A DNA stretch of 64,000 nucleotides from positions 11,842,001 to 11,906,000 of the forward strand of contig CATNEN010000039.1 of NCBI GenBank assembly GCA_950097015.1, in the 5' to 3' direction. The notes beneath the pieces were generated by a model. That model made no database searches, was not told where the DNA came from, and saw nothing but the letters and a program-made list of their open reading frames with translations. Positions 39,490-51,984 of this stretch are shown one piece after another. A program made the translations under genes and the position numbers. This stretch comes from Macrostomum hystrix (lineage: Eukaryota; Animalia; Platyhelminthes). Position 1 is the first letter of the stretch. Every line of letters starts with the position of its first letter.

Positions 39490-40653
39490 GGGCCTAATAC
39501 AATTGCCTATAACATTGCAGCAACTAGTGGTTTGCTGAAACACAGCACTGAATTCAATAAGTCCTCAAGATACTGAACTGTCAGAATGACAATTGGTAAC
39601 AGAATACATTAGTGACAATGCTGTTCACCCTGTCAAGGGCAATTGCTACAGGTGCCATAGTCTTCTAAGCATTTTATAATCATTTCAAATTGTTTTGCAA
39701 CAAAAAGAAGTTAGCACAATTAGCCAAAATTTAATTGAATTCCACTTACTGCAATCCAAATAGAGTTGGAAATGACTTTTTAATATTTATCTTAGTAGGC
39801 CTAGGCCTAACTGAAAATAGTGAGCAGTGCAATGAATTCATAAGTCTAATGTTCTATAAAATTATTATAGCTTTGTAAGTGTTGTTACAAATATAAACTA
39901 AATACAAATAGGTAAATGTTATTTACACATGTTATTTACTTATAGTCACAGCATGCCCCTATATCAAGTTGGATTTTTGTATTAGCTCATGGAGTGTGCA
40001 AATCCTATTGGCATATAAAAAAGTAAGAAATAGCAACTTTTACCAATGTCCAACAGCCATTTAATAGCTAAATATCCTCTGCACTGCATACTTTATATTT
40101 TTACACTCTGATACACAATGTTTCTGATACATCCTGATACATTATGTTTTAAAACAACAACCAAATCAGAAGTCATTGAACATTAATATATCGCTACTCT
40201 ACTAGCAGTAAAAATGAACTATAACGAAGCATAGGCTGCACAGCCGAGTCAACAATCTTACAATTTACGAGTGTAAGTAGGCCTAACCGAACCACAAGGA
40301 TATTGATAAAATCACCCTAGGCCGGTACATTAAAGCTTGCCTAGCCTTAAGTTTAAATTTAAGGTTCGAAATTTACAGTGCCGAAATTTAAACATATATT
40401 ACGAACGCTTTGTAGTACGACCCTGTACGACATTGTGGATGATCTGAATTCTGAATACAAGACTTTCAGCGAAAAAACTTGAAACAATTCAAAATAATTA
40501 TCGACTTGTTTTTTGTTAAACAAAATGAGTTCACAATTCGAACATTTTAATTTAACCACAACAAATATTACAATAATACCTGCTTTATTATTAACCAATT
40601 ACATATTGATCAATATTGGCAAAACTGGCTTCTTGCCTGAGCCAAATCAACAA

Positions 40654-40670
40654 CTACTATACTACTACTG

Positions 40671-40712
<42 letters not shown>

Positions 40713-40721
40713 TACTACTAC
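40654..40721. repeat. (CTA)n microsatellite
   Basis: Trinucleotide run. Confidence 0.9.
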
Positions 40722-41679
40722 GCACTTTTGCTGCAGCTACGCTTGTCCAACGAACCGATAGATTTTTTAACTTGGACATTGCTCTTCCCCATTTCTACCA
40801 GGTCGTTGCTGAACGCAATTCGTTCGACGAGCCGACGGCTTCCTCAACCGCTTTGCACACGCAATGCAAACGAGTTTAGTACGTGCTAAGTCCTAAGTCC
40901 TGGCTGTGTCGACAGCGGTCCGAGGCCTCGTCTCGGGGCCGCAGTCTCTCCTAACAGCCTCATCTTTCCAATAGTACCTATTGAATGGGATGGGGCTTTA
41001 CACGTAGACTCATTGTTTGCTACAAAGCCACCAAATGTGCAATGTCCAAACCAAAAAATCCTGCTAAGACATAAAAATCAACTCGAGCAGGTATTTTTTC
41101 AGACAATATTAGCAGCATTTGATTGTTATTCCGTCATACTACAATTAGCAAATATCTAAGCTTCACCATGCAGTTCCAGCTTGAGAGTGTTCCGGCCGAG
41201 TGACCGACTTTTCTATTGTTGTATGCGTACATTTTCAACCAGAAGAATGTTATTCGTTAAATAATAAACTATAAACAAAGCATCTCGTTACAGTCAAATA
41301 TAAAAAAATTTATGTGGCGGTTGGCATCTCTGTCGGTGACACTGCTTGTGGATCTTTCGAGGCTTCATACTCAGACTAGATATCGACTTTAGACAAATTC
41401 TTAGAAATTGAATTCAAACGGCGCAATATGAGGGTATTGATTCGTGAGGGAATTAAGCTTGCTCTAAACTTCCTGCTAAATTGCACTTCTCTTTCGCTCT
41501 TACTACGTTTCACAGATGCTGTGGGAACAGGACGACACTATCTGATTAACAGGAAAGTTCTGTTCAAGACTCCATTGTCTCTCCTCTGTTTAGCCACGTC
41601 CCTCACGCGGTAAAAATGATGCCCAAGTTGCGGAAAGCTGGCGGAACGTTTCTGATAGGATTTTCCATGAGTGAGTGTG

Positions 41680-41950
41680 AGCAGTGAGCAGATGCCTAAC
41701 GCGTTTGTCTTTAGCACCGAGATCCCTTAGTTCGATTCCGTGGCGGGGCCACATTATTTGCGGTCGCAGCCGCGTAGCGAAGGCTTGGGGGGTTTGTCGT
41801 GCAAATAGAAAGTCAGGGCAGATGTACACCTCTGTGTGAGTGTGTGCCTGCGTATGGTGCTGTAGCTTCAGCGAAATGGGCAGAATCGCATCCTCGTTGG
41901 CTGTAGGTCTACTACTGCCACCAAGTGATGTACCGTGGCCACAGCCCTTC
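41680..41950 (+). mobile_element. tRNA-derived SINE, family 1, copy C (internally deleted)
   Basis: GTTCGATTCC B-box and GAAAGTCAGGGCAGATGTAC shared with copies A and B. Confidence 0.7.
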
Positions 41951-43869
41951 TGCATATAGATCGATGTCATGTCTCTAGATTTGTCTCTATAGATTTATCT
42001 CTAGATTTCCAAGATTCGCTGGAACACGTTTGGTCTTTAGCAGCAGATGCGGAGTCTACACTCCGACAACAGTCGCCCTGTACGGCTGTAGATCGTGCAA
42101 CACCAGCTTCTGCAATGCACAATCAGCCAGCACGACTGAAAGACCAACCGACCGACCGACCGACCAAACGACCGACAGACAATTGTGCAGAAGTCATTCC
42201 TGCGCATCAAATAAATTTCTTGCATGCGTGTCCTCCGTGCATCGCTTTCCTGGGCATCGACGATGTTTTTCTTGGCTCAGTTTTCAAGTCACTTTCTTTT
42301 CAGACTGCAGCTGGTTGCGTATGATCTATACAACAAGTGGCGGTGAAATTTCGAGTCACAAAGACGCAGGCTCATCCAACTATACCTGAACAACATGGAT
42401 TGCACCTGGCAGATTATATCACCATCAGGCAAAATCATTGTTGCTTGGTTTTCCTACCTTCACCTGGAGCAAAACAACGATAATGTTATAACTCTGTACG
42501 ATGGTCTACTAGTGAACAACGGCAACGATTCCACCGTCATAAAGTTGCTAGTTGCTTGATAACTCCGGCTTCATTATCTGGTCACTTAGTAAATGGCCGA
42601 CGACCCCAGCCTCGCCTAAATTCGCGTCCACCTCCGCCTACATTTTAAAATATGATTAACGGTAAAACAAGGTGTGACGAAGTGGCGGAAAGAATGAAGA
42701 CGAACCATCACTCGATTGGTGTGTAGCGGTATGCACTGAATAATATATTGTGAACGTTGCCAACCTGGTGGCATTATTTAGTTAATAGAAGATAATATGA
42801 ATTAGTTAGGCGATTTAGGATCCTAATCTGGTGTAAATCAAGTTTAGTGTTTAATTATTCAATTATAATAATAAATGGGTTCTATCAGGTTGCACTTTTA
42901 AATTCCTGGTAAGGGACGGGTGGTGGCAAGGCTCTGCTCACAACATGCTGATTATAATAACAAATCATTTCGACATAGTGTGAGATAAATCTAGTATAAT
43001 AATACTTCAGATGTACGCATACAGAACTAACCAACCAAAACTGTGTCAAGGTGAGAGCCAAGTTTACTTTGTAATCGAAGAATAAAATAGATAGTTCATA
43101 GACTTTTTAATATATATGCAGAGTAAAAGTACTAACAGGAACTAAAAATAACGTATGGTGACTAATATTTCGCATGCAATATTGTTATAATGATAAAGAA
43201 CAAAATAAAATAGATTTACAAGAAATATATACGATTACGATACGATCATACAAACTGTCGGGTCTGTCGAAAGGGACCTGCTTCATCAAATAGACAGAGC
43301 GCTTTATTAACTTATGTTTATATTCAACTTGCCTTCTATCTATATATTTAGCTTACTATGTCTTAAATTACAAACCTTCTTGAGACTCGATTTAACTTAA
43401 GATTAATATAATGGCAGGCCTATCTAATGGCTATCTACTTGCTCAATTTTTAAGTGTCAAGTATTTAGCATGTTAGCGACATTTTACAGCGCGGTAAAAA
43501 CCGCTAACTTCACCGCAGGGTAATGTGTTGTAATAGATAGGTTTCATTGCCCATAGACAGGTCATAGCTATCATATAGTGAAATAAAATATTTTTTTTCT
43601 AGTGCACATGTTGTACCTTCCTCCTGCTCCTGACTATGGCTATTCTATTCTGTTAGTTAGGCCTACTCCTGAAAACCAGATGACTAGTGTTAACCAGATG
43701 ACTAGTAGTTTTTTTGCCTTTGTGCAAATGAAGGCTAAAACAGGAAAATAGTATATGTACAAAATGTAGCAAATTTGATTAATTTTTATTACTCCTTATT
43801 TTTGATATTTGGATATTTTCACCCTAATGTCTAGAGTTTAAATCTCAACCTAGGGGCTAGAGCAATAAT

Positions 43870-45062
43870 TAGGGTTTCCATCCCCAAAAATCCTCCCTGG
43901 GGTCCCTGGGGAATTGCGTCAAAATCCTCGACCCAGGGAATTGTTCCGGGGATCCCTGGGGAGGATAGGCCTATCACTTTTTCAAATTATGAAAATTAGG
44001 GATTTTAAACAATAAATAACATAACAATGAAGAATGAACTATGTAAAAATATCATCTTCTATTAAATATAGCTTATAAATAGAATTACCAAGTATTTATT
44101 GGTTAATTTACGATTTTAAGTGCTACCCGATGAGAGTACTTTTAGTAGCTATAAGGCAGCTGCAGCTGTGTATTCCATATTTTTGAATAGAATGAGTATA
44201 TTTTTCTCTGAAATGAGTGCAAGTGCATGTAAAATCTCAATGTCATAGGCAGGCAAATAAGAAATTAAAAACAAAAAACTTCAAATTTATAAAATACTGT
44301 TAATTTATTGCAAAATTTATTCAAATTATCTTCCTTTAGTAAAAAAATTAGAAATTGTATTCAACAAGTGTCAAGAGAAAAGGGCAACAGCAGGTAAATC
44401 TAGTTGTAGATCTTAGATAGGTCATTGATGCACAAGTCACTTGACTTGTTGACTCAATTCACTTTTAGTTGAAAAAGTTAATTGATAGATTCTTACAAAC
44501 CTTATAAAAATCAAACAACATGATATCAGATTTCAATCACCATTTAAATTGTAAAGAAAATAACCTAAATATTAACAAAATGACTTTGCATTGGCCAAGT
44601 CATATATGCTTAGTATATTTTCCTGGAATATCTGTCTTCTAAAGCTTTATTTTTTGTTTTATTTTAATAAAGTAGTGTTGTCCCCAGTGAGGTCCTCCCT
44701 GGGGACCATACATGCGCAACCTCCCAAATCTTAGCCGGCCGTGCGACTTAGTTTTTGCTCTCTTTTGCGACTTAGTTCGTTTCGTTGCTCTATTTACAAC
44801 TTAGTTTGCTCTCATTTGCTCTCTTTTTCTCTCCCCTTTTTCCTTTTCTTCACGCCTTCCTTTTTTGTCCCTTGGTCCCCCCTTTGATTTTTTTGCACTT
44901 GGTCGATTGGTTTTTGCGACTTACCTTGCTTGGCCCTCGTTTCACCCGGCCGGTTCGGCCAGGTCGGCCGGGTGTTGCGCATGTATGCTGGGACCACAGG
45001 GAATTCACCCAAAACTTTGATCCTCCCCGGGGACAGATTTTTCTGGTGAAGTGGATTCCCTA
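43870..45062. mobile_element. Non-autonomous hAT-like element
   Basis: TIRs TAGGGTTTCCA / TGGATTCCCTA; degenerate 8-bp TSD GCAATAAT/GTGATAAT; subterminal CCCnGGG motifs at both ends. Confidence 0.7.
44707..44987. mobile_element. MITE, copy 1 (nested in 43870-45062)
   Basis: 14-bp TIR CATACATGCGCAAC/GTTGCGCATGTATG; TSD CTGGGGAC/CTGGGAC. Confidence 0.88.
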
Positions 45063-45351
45063 GTGATAATTATTATTGGACTCTTTCATTTGTGTGTGGT
45101 TTGCAACTTTAGCAAGCATGTAGTGACTGTACCCTGCTATTCACAACAATTTTTCCTTATGTCTTAGATATCAGGGGCTCTGATTATACAATGATTATGC
45201 AAAGAGTGGGTTGATTGTTTAGAAGCTTGTCTGGCCTATGAGTGGTTCCTCTCTAAAATATATTCTTAAGCTGCCTATTGGGGAGGCTGTCAGAACCAGA
45301 CTGTTAAAAAAGTTTAACACCTGGGAAGTCCCATAAGTCATTAAGCAAGCA

Positions 45352-45623
45352 CATACATGCGAAACCTCCCAAATCTTAGCCGGCCGTGCGACTTAGTTTT
45401 TGCTCTCATTTGCAACTTAGTTCGTTTCATTGCTCTATTTACGACTTAGTTTGCTCTCATTTGCTCTCTTTTTCTCTCCCCTTTTTCCTTTTCTTCACGC
45501 CCTCCTTTTTTGTCCCTTGATCCCCCCTTTGATTTTTTTGCCCTTGGTCAATTGGTTTTTGCGACTTACCTTGCTTGGCCCTCGTTTCACCCAGCCGGTT
45601 CAGCCGGGTGTTGCGCATGTATG
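45352..45623. mobile_element. MITE, copy 2 (hAT-type 8-bp TSD)
   Basis: Same TIRs and body as copy 1; perfect TSD AGCAAGCA. Confidence 0.9.
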
Positions 45624-46167
45624 AGCAAGCACATAAGTCTTGACCCCTGAGGGTCTCCCTTAAGTCCCTTCACCAGAGAAGTCTTTAGATTTCACACTTG
45701 CCGATGCCTTGTTTATAGTTGATGCATTGCAAAGTGACTCTGACATCATTTATGACTCTATGGTGATTTCCAATCATTTATGATAACTTCAAAAAGGTAT
45801 TAGTGGCATGCATATCACTTTATTATAGCTATGTACATTTTACTTATAGTTTTTATACAAATGGGCTTTATAGATTCTTATGTTAAACTTAATTTTGGCA
45901 TTATTAACCTAACTGCACTACTGGAACTGTTAAGTAGGATGCAACACAATTTTCTCACATATTATTATTAATTTAATGCACATGAAATATAAAAAAATAT
46001 TTATTACAAGTATTAATTCCCTATCAGCAGGATTGGCTATACAAATAACTATGAGCTATACTTCTGTCCCAAATGGGTTCAGATATCAATTACAAACTGT
46101 ATTGCTTGTAATATATATATACTTTTATTGTCTACTAGACTTGCAGCTTACAATAAGTGGCACTGCA

Positions 46168-46722
46168 ATGACAATATTCATTATCATGGGCCCATCTGGC
46201 TGTGGCAAGACTTCCATAGCCCTAGCCCTAGCCAGCCGTTTCGGCTTACCCTACGTAGAAGCTGACAACTATCACACCGAAGTCAACCGGGCAAAGATGC
46301 GCCGAGGCGAGCCTCTGACAGACTCAGATCGCCAGCCCTGGCTCCTGGCCTTGCACCAGGCCATCTCTGATTGGCTGTCCAAGGCGCAGCACGCTGTTGT
46401 CACATGTTCGGCATTGAAGCGGTCCTATCGCAGCCTGCTAATGACTGGGCGAAGCGATGCCGACTTGTTGAAGGTCCAGAATCCCAACGGAGTCGATGTA
46501 CTATTTATCCACCTGGCTGTGCCTCGCGAGTCCCTACTTGCTCGAGTGTCGTCCAGGTCTGATCACTTCTTCCCAGCCGCACTGGTGGACTCTCAGCTGG
46601 CTTGCCTGGAGGCGCCAGATCCTAACTTGGAGCCGTCAATTCTGGTGGACGCCGATAAGCCGGAGCCTGACGTGCTGGAGGTGGTGGCTGATATTGTTAG
46701 ACAGAAAATTGATGCTGTTTAG
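46168..46722 (+). CDS. IDNK: Gluconokinase
   Basis: IIMGPSGCGKT P-loop, EADNYH, KMRRGEPLTDSDRQPWL, CSALKRSYR, HFFPAALVDSQLACLE; single coding exon. Confidence 0.92.
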   Translation: MTIFIIMGPSGCGKTSIALALASRFGLPYVEADNYHTEVNRAKMRRGEPLTDSDRQPWLLALHQAISDWLSKAQHAVVTCSALKRSYRSLLMTGRSDADLLKVQNPNGVDVLFIHLAVPRESLLARVSSRSDHFFPAALVDSQLACLEAPDPNLEPSILVDADKPEPDVLEVVADIVRQKIDAV

Positions 46723-46765
46723 ACTTTATAACAAGCTTTTGACCCAACTGAAATGAAAAAGCACA

Positions 46766-48192
46766 AGATACTTCAGATTGATCTTTCACTCCATGGTATT
46801 AGATACTTCAGATTGATCTTTCACTCCATGGTATTAGATACTTCAGATTGATCTTTCACTCCATGGTATTAGATACTTCAGATTGATCTTTCACTCCATG
46901 GTATTAGATACTTCAGATTGATCTGTCACTCCATGGTATTAGATACTTCAGATTGATCTGTCACTCCATGGTATTAGATACTTCAGATTGATCTTTCACT
47001 CCATGGTATTAGATACTTCAGATTGATCTGTCACTCCATGGTATTAGATACTTCAGATTGAACTGTCACTCCATGGTATTAGATACTTCAGATTGAACTG
47101 TCACTCCATGGTATTAGATACTTCAGATTGATCTGTCACTCCATGGTATTAGATACTTCAGATTGATCTGTCACTCCATGGTATTAGATACTTCAGATTG
47201 ATCTTTCACTCCATGGTATTAGATACTTCAGATTGAACTGTCACTCCATGGTATTAGGTACTTCAGATTGATCTGTCACTCCATGGTATTAGATACTTCA
47301 GATTGATCTTTCACTCCATGGTATTAGATACTTCAGATTGATCTGTCACTCCATGGTATTAGATACTTCAGATTGATCTGTCACTTCATGGTATTAGATA
47401 CTTCAGATTGATCTGTCACTCCATGGCATTAGATACTTCAGATCGATCTGTCACTCCATGGTATTAGATACTTCAGATTGAACTGTCACGTCATGGTATT
47501 AGATACTTAAGATTGATCTGCCACTCCATGGTATTAGATACTTCAGATTGAACTGTCACTCCATGGTATTAGGTACTTCAGATTGATCTGTCACTCCATG
47601 GTATTAGATACTTCATATTGATCTGTCACTCCATGGTATTATATACTTCAGATTGATCTGTCACTCCATGGTATTAGATACTTCAGATTTGATCTGTCAC
47701 TCCATGGTATTAGATACTTCAGATTGAACTGTCACGTCATGGTATTAGATACTTCAGATTGATCTGTCACGTCATGGTATTAGATACTTAAGATTGATCT
47801 GTCACTCCATGGTATTAGATACTTCAGATTGAACTGTCACGTCATGGTATTAGATACTTAAGATTGATCTGTCACTCCATGGTATTAGATACTTAAGATT
47901 GATCTGTCACTCCATGGTATTAGATACTTCAGATTGAACTGTCACTCCATGGTATTAGGTACTTCAGATTGATCTGTCACTCCATGGTATTAGATACTTC
48001 ATATTGATCTGTCACTCCATGGTATTAGATACTTCAGATTGATCTGTCACTCCATGGTATTAGATACTTCAGATTTGATCTGTCACTCCATGGTATTAGG
48101 TACTTCAGATTGATCTGTCACTCCATGGCATTAGATACTTCAGATCGATCTGTTACTCCATGGTATTAGATACTTCAGATCGATCTGTTACT
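46766..48192. repeat. Minisatellite, 35-bp unit (AGATACTTCAGATTGATCTGTCACTCCATGGTATT)
   Basis: Tandem array starting ~45 bp after the IDNK stop. Confidence 0.95.
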
Positions 48193-48909
48193 CAACATAT
48201 TATGCTTTTAGGCAGTTTTTAACATGCTTGTTATGTACTGTGCTTGCTGCTACGAGTAGTCGTTTTATTGCATTTCTTCAAGAAATAATTTGGAATTTTT
48301 CCGATTTGGCTTGCCTTTGACGTGCTAGTGCGTGTTTAAACATAAAATTTGCTTAGATGATTTTCCACTAACAAATTCCTACTGTCATTGTTTGTCAATG
48401 CGGGTGCAAATCTTGCTTATGTGTCGCCTAAAGTACAGTCGTGTTTTAAGCGTCGATTACTTATTGAAGGTCGTTGGTTTACTGAGTTTGCACTTTTTTG
48501 TCTGATCGATGATAATGACAGGCACACATGGACAGATATTGAGTCCGCTGCCTTACCCTGGATCACGCACTCTCTCCCATCTGGCTGGATATATTACTTT
48601 GGCCAGAATTCCCCTCATCTCCCCACTTCTAAGTTATTTGCCATCTCATAACGGAGACAGTATTTTTCGATACAGCTAAACTAAGAGAGTGCTCCACATT
48701 TTGTGTTGGCTGGTTATTAGTTGTCTAACATCTAGGGCTTCTGTGGCATTATTTTCTTTGCTTTATATCCGCTGTTTACTTTACTGCAACTGATCCATCA
48801 CTCGGTGTGTTTTTTGTTATCTTCCTGCTAGCGGTGCCTGGCCGCAGTATTCTCATGTTTGTCTTCTATATCTGAAGCTTTGTCAGACTTTACATTTTCT
48901 GGACATTCA

Positions 48910-49360
48910 TAAATCTGTCAGGCCTTCCGAGAGTTTATCAGGTCCTACCGGAATCTGCCAGGACTTCCTGGAATCTGTCAAAACCTCCTGGAATCTGTCA
49001 GACTCTGCAGAAATCTATCAAGCCCTCCAATAATCTTCCAGGGTCTCCAATAATCTGTCAGGCCCTCCCAAGACTTTGTCAGTCCCTGCCGGAATCTGTC
49101 AGGACTTCCTGGAATCTGTCAGAACCTCCTGGAATCTGTCAGAACCTCCTGGAATCTGTCAGAACCTCCTGGAATCTGTCAGACTCTACAGGAATCTGTC
49201 AGGCCCTCCAATAATCTGTCAGGCCCTCCAAGACTTTGTCAGGCCCTGCAGGAATCCGTCAGGACCTCTTGGTACCTTCTAGAATCTGTCAGACCCTGCA
49301 GGAATCCGTCAGGACCTCTTGGTACCTTCTAGAATCTGTCCGACCCTGCAGGATACTGTG
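48910..49360. repeat. Degenerate 20-bp minisatellite (GGAATCTGTCAGAACCTCCT)
   Basis: Tandem array. Confidence 0.8.
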
Positions 49361-49442
49361 TCAGACTCTCAGTCAGCCGGCCAGTCAATCCACATGGCTA
49401 TAATTAGCAGTTTAGTTGAATTTGTCGATTTTTTTCCCTCAG

Positions 49443-49963
49443 CCTCTGGCAGCGAATCCTGACCGCAGTGCCAGAAGTCGAAACAGCAGCAGCAACAGCA
49501 GTAACAACAGCACCTGCAGCATCAGGGCATCCCTTTTACCGCTAGCAGCGCCGTCGGATTCTGTCGCGGTTGCCGCCGCCGCTGCCACAGGTCCGACAGA
49601 CGAGTCCGAAGTAGCAGCAGCAGCAGCAGCATCTACAACCGACAGCACCGTAGAATCCACTGCTTCTGACAGACAAGACCAACCAGCGGCCAAAGAAATG
49701 CGACTTACCGCTGCCACCTCCGCTGTTAGCCGTTGCTGCTGCCGCTGTTGCAGCATTGGCCGCAAATCGCGACAACGCCTGGCCTCCTTAGCCGACTTTG
49801 TACGGTGTCATCTGACCTTTGCCCTGGCACCGGCGGCTTGCCTAATAGCCATTGAGGCTGGCGGTTTGCTGGCGATGGCTATTCTGCTTCTGGGCTGCTT
49901 GCTTGGCCTACTGAGTCTAGAAGCTTACCTGGTCTATTGCCGCAGCGAGCCGCCTGAGTCCAG
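49443..49963 (+). CDS. ABHD13: ABHD13-like alpha/beta hydrolase, first visible exon (first genomic in-frame ATG at 49698)
   Basis: Open from the acceptor; hydrophobic anchor, then EAYLVYCRSEPPESR, resembling the ABHD13 LLYxPxxPxxSR segment. Confidence 0.7.
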
Positions 49964-50230
49964 GTGTGTATGTGTGTGCGCGTTTATTGATTACACCTGC
50001 CCCAATTGGGCCAGATACTATTGCGCAGAAGGCAGCTTTCGGCTGTTCAGTCCATGGACTGGGAGGACGCCACACCCACCCTAAATTACTCCAACTAATG
50101 CTGGTTCCCATTTAACAGCTGGGTGAACTGAAGCAATGCAGAGCTGTCTTGCTAAAGAAAACTACTGGGTATCGAACCCCAGACCTTCGAGTTGTGACGG
50201 ACGCTCTAACCCCTAGACTACAATCCCCGC
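49964..50230 (-). mobile_element. tRNA-derived SINE, family 2, with CORE/Meta-like central domain
   Basis: Minus strand: tRNA-like head (GTAGTCTAGGGG..GGTTCGATACC), CACCCAGCTGTTAAATGGGAACC core, AATAAA plus (CA)n tail. Confidence 0.65.
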
Positions 50231-50277
50231 TAATTAATCACTCGGTAATCCCTAAATCACTTTGGTGGAAAGTTAGA

Positions 50278-50410
50278 TACTAATCCTTACTGAGTCAGGT
50301 AGGAGGGTAGGTACTAATCCTTACTGAGTCAGGTAGGAGTGGTAGGTACTAATCCTTATTGAGTCAGTTAGGAGGGGTAGGTACTAATCCTTAATCGGGT
50401 AGGAGGGTGC
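50278..50410. repeat. Short ~35-bp tandem repeat, intronic
   Basis: TACTAATCCTTACTGAGTCAGGTAGGAGGGTAGG, ~4 copies. Confidence 0.8.
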
Positions 50411-50447
50411 TGATTTTGTAACTCACCCGAGTCGCCCGCCTGCTCAG

Positions 50448-50978
50448 GTACTTTGTTGATCATCCGTCGCGCTACGGCCTGCCATCGCAGACGGTGTTCA
50501 TAGACAGCGGCGGTGTTGACGGAGGCGCCCGCCTTCACTGCTACCTGGTTAAGCAGGCCGCCGACTCTGCCCGACTGCCCACCCTGCTCTTCTTGCACGG
50601 AAACGCTGGCAACATAGGACACCGGCTGCCTAACGCCGCCTTGCTTTATCACCAGTGTCGGGTGAATGTCTTCCTGTTGGAATACCGCGGCTACGGGCTC
50701 AGCACTGGTACACCGTCAGAGAGCGGCCTGTACGCCGATGCGGCTGCAGCTTTGCATCACCTCAGCCGCCGGTCAGACATTGATCCACAACGGATTGTAG
50801 TATTTGGCCGATCGCTTGGGGGTGCTGTTGCTGTTGAACTGGCATCCAGGCCAGATACCGCCGCATTGCTTAGCGGCTTGGTGCTGGAGAATACCTTCAC
50901 CAGTTTGCCTGATGCGGCCAGTGTGCTGTTCAGACTGCCGCTAGTTAGCTCCCTGCCCAGGCTTGTCATGACTAACAG
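50448..50978 (+). CDS. ABHD13: ABHD13 exon 2
   Basis: LFLHGNAGNIGHRL, EYRGYGLSTGTPSESGLY, FGRSLGGAVA nucleophile elbow, ENTFTS. Confidence 0.93.
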
Positions 50979-51231
50979 GTGCGTGTTTGCACATCAGTTT
51001 TGCTTCTACATTTTTTATCCATCTAAGGTACATTTTACGCGTAAAGCAATGGTAGTCAAACATTTTTCACGTAGGCTAAGATTCGAACCCCTGACCTCTT
51101 ATATATGAATCCGAAAGTTCTAACCAATTGGAAGCAATATCGCCACAATGCAGTCAAAACTTCCTTGATCTAACAAGGGTGTGCTTGAAAAAAAGATGGC
51201 TTTAAAATACAATCCTTAAATTAAACACTTT

Positions 51232-51445
51232 TCGACCGACTCAAACGTTTCTCTTACGTCTCAAGCGTTTCTTAACCGACTCAAATGCTTTTCTAACGAC
51301 TCAAACCTTTCTATAATTACTTTAACGCTTTCTATTGACTCAAACGTTTCTTAGTCGACTCAAGTGCTTGTCCCACGACTCAAACACTTCTGTTACGACT
51401 CAAACGCTTTCGGAAGGACCAAAAAGCTTCTGCAGCGACTCAAAA
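51232..51445. repeat. Degenerate ~20-bp tandem repeat (CGACTCAAAC...)
   Basis: Periodic GACTCAAA. Confidence 0.7.
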
Positions 51446-51519
51446 CTGTGGAGCGGCTGAAACACCGGTATCATTATTATCATTTATTGTGACCTCATCT
51501 AACCCCAATTGTGTCTCAG

Positions 51520-51913
51520 GTTCAACTCGCGCGCCAAGATGGCCTCCGTTCGACTGCCGACCCTCATCATCAGCGGCCTGCGCGACACCCTGGTGCCACC
51601 GGCGATGTCGGCCTGCCTTCACAGCCTCTGCGGCGCCGGCGTGCGCCGTTTGGAGACCTTTGAACTGGGCGAGCACAACACCACCTGGCAGTGCGCGGGC
51701 TATTTTCAAAAGCTAACCAACTTTCTGCACTTCGCCTCGGAGATGGCGCCCCAGCGGGAGGATTGGCACGCCGGTCAGCACTCGGACGAAGACGACGGCG
51801 CCAACAATAGCGCTTCCGGCTCTTCTGACGTTGCCGGCGCTGCCTCATCTGGGACTGCAGTCAAGTCCACGACAGCTGCCAACGATGATATCCCGACCAT
51901 CACCGTACTGTGA
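51520..51913 (+). CDS. ABHD13: ABHD13 last exon
   Basis: PTLIISGLRDTLVPP (catalytic Asp), GEHNTTW (catalytic His), TGA. Confidence 0.9.
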
Positions 51914-51984
51914 CGCTTTGAGGATTTCACTTGATTCGGACTTTTAAAGCGTTCCGCCACTGTGATACTAATGATCCGGATCCC

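Noticed and set aside
46168-46722. Bacterial horizontal transfer of an intronless gluconokinase
   Set aside because: IDNK is a normal metazoan gene and its composition matches neighbouring exons; only a phylogeny could reopen this.
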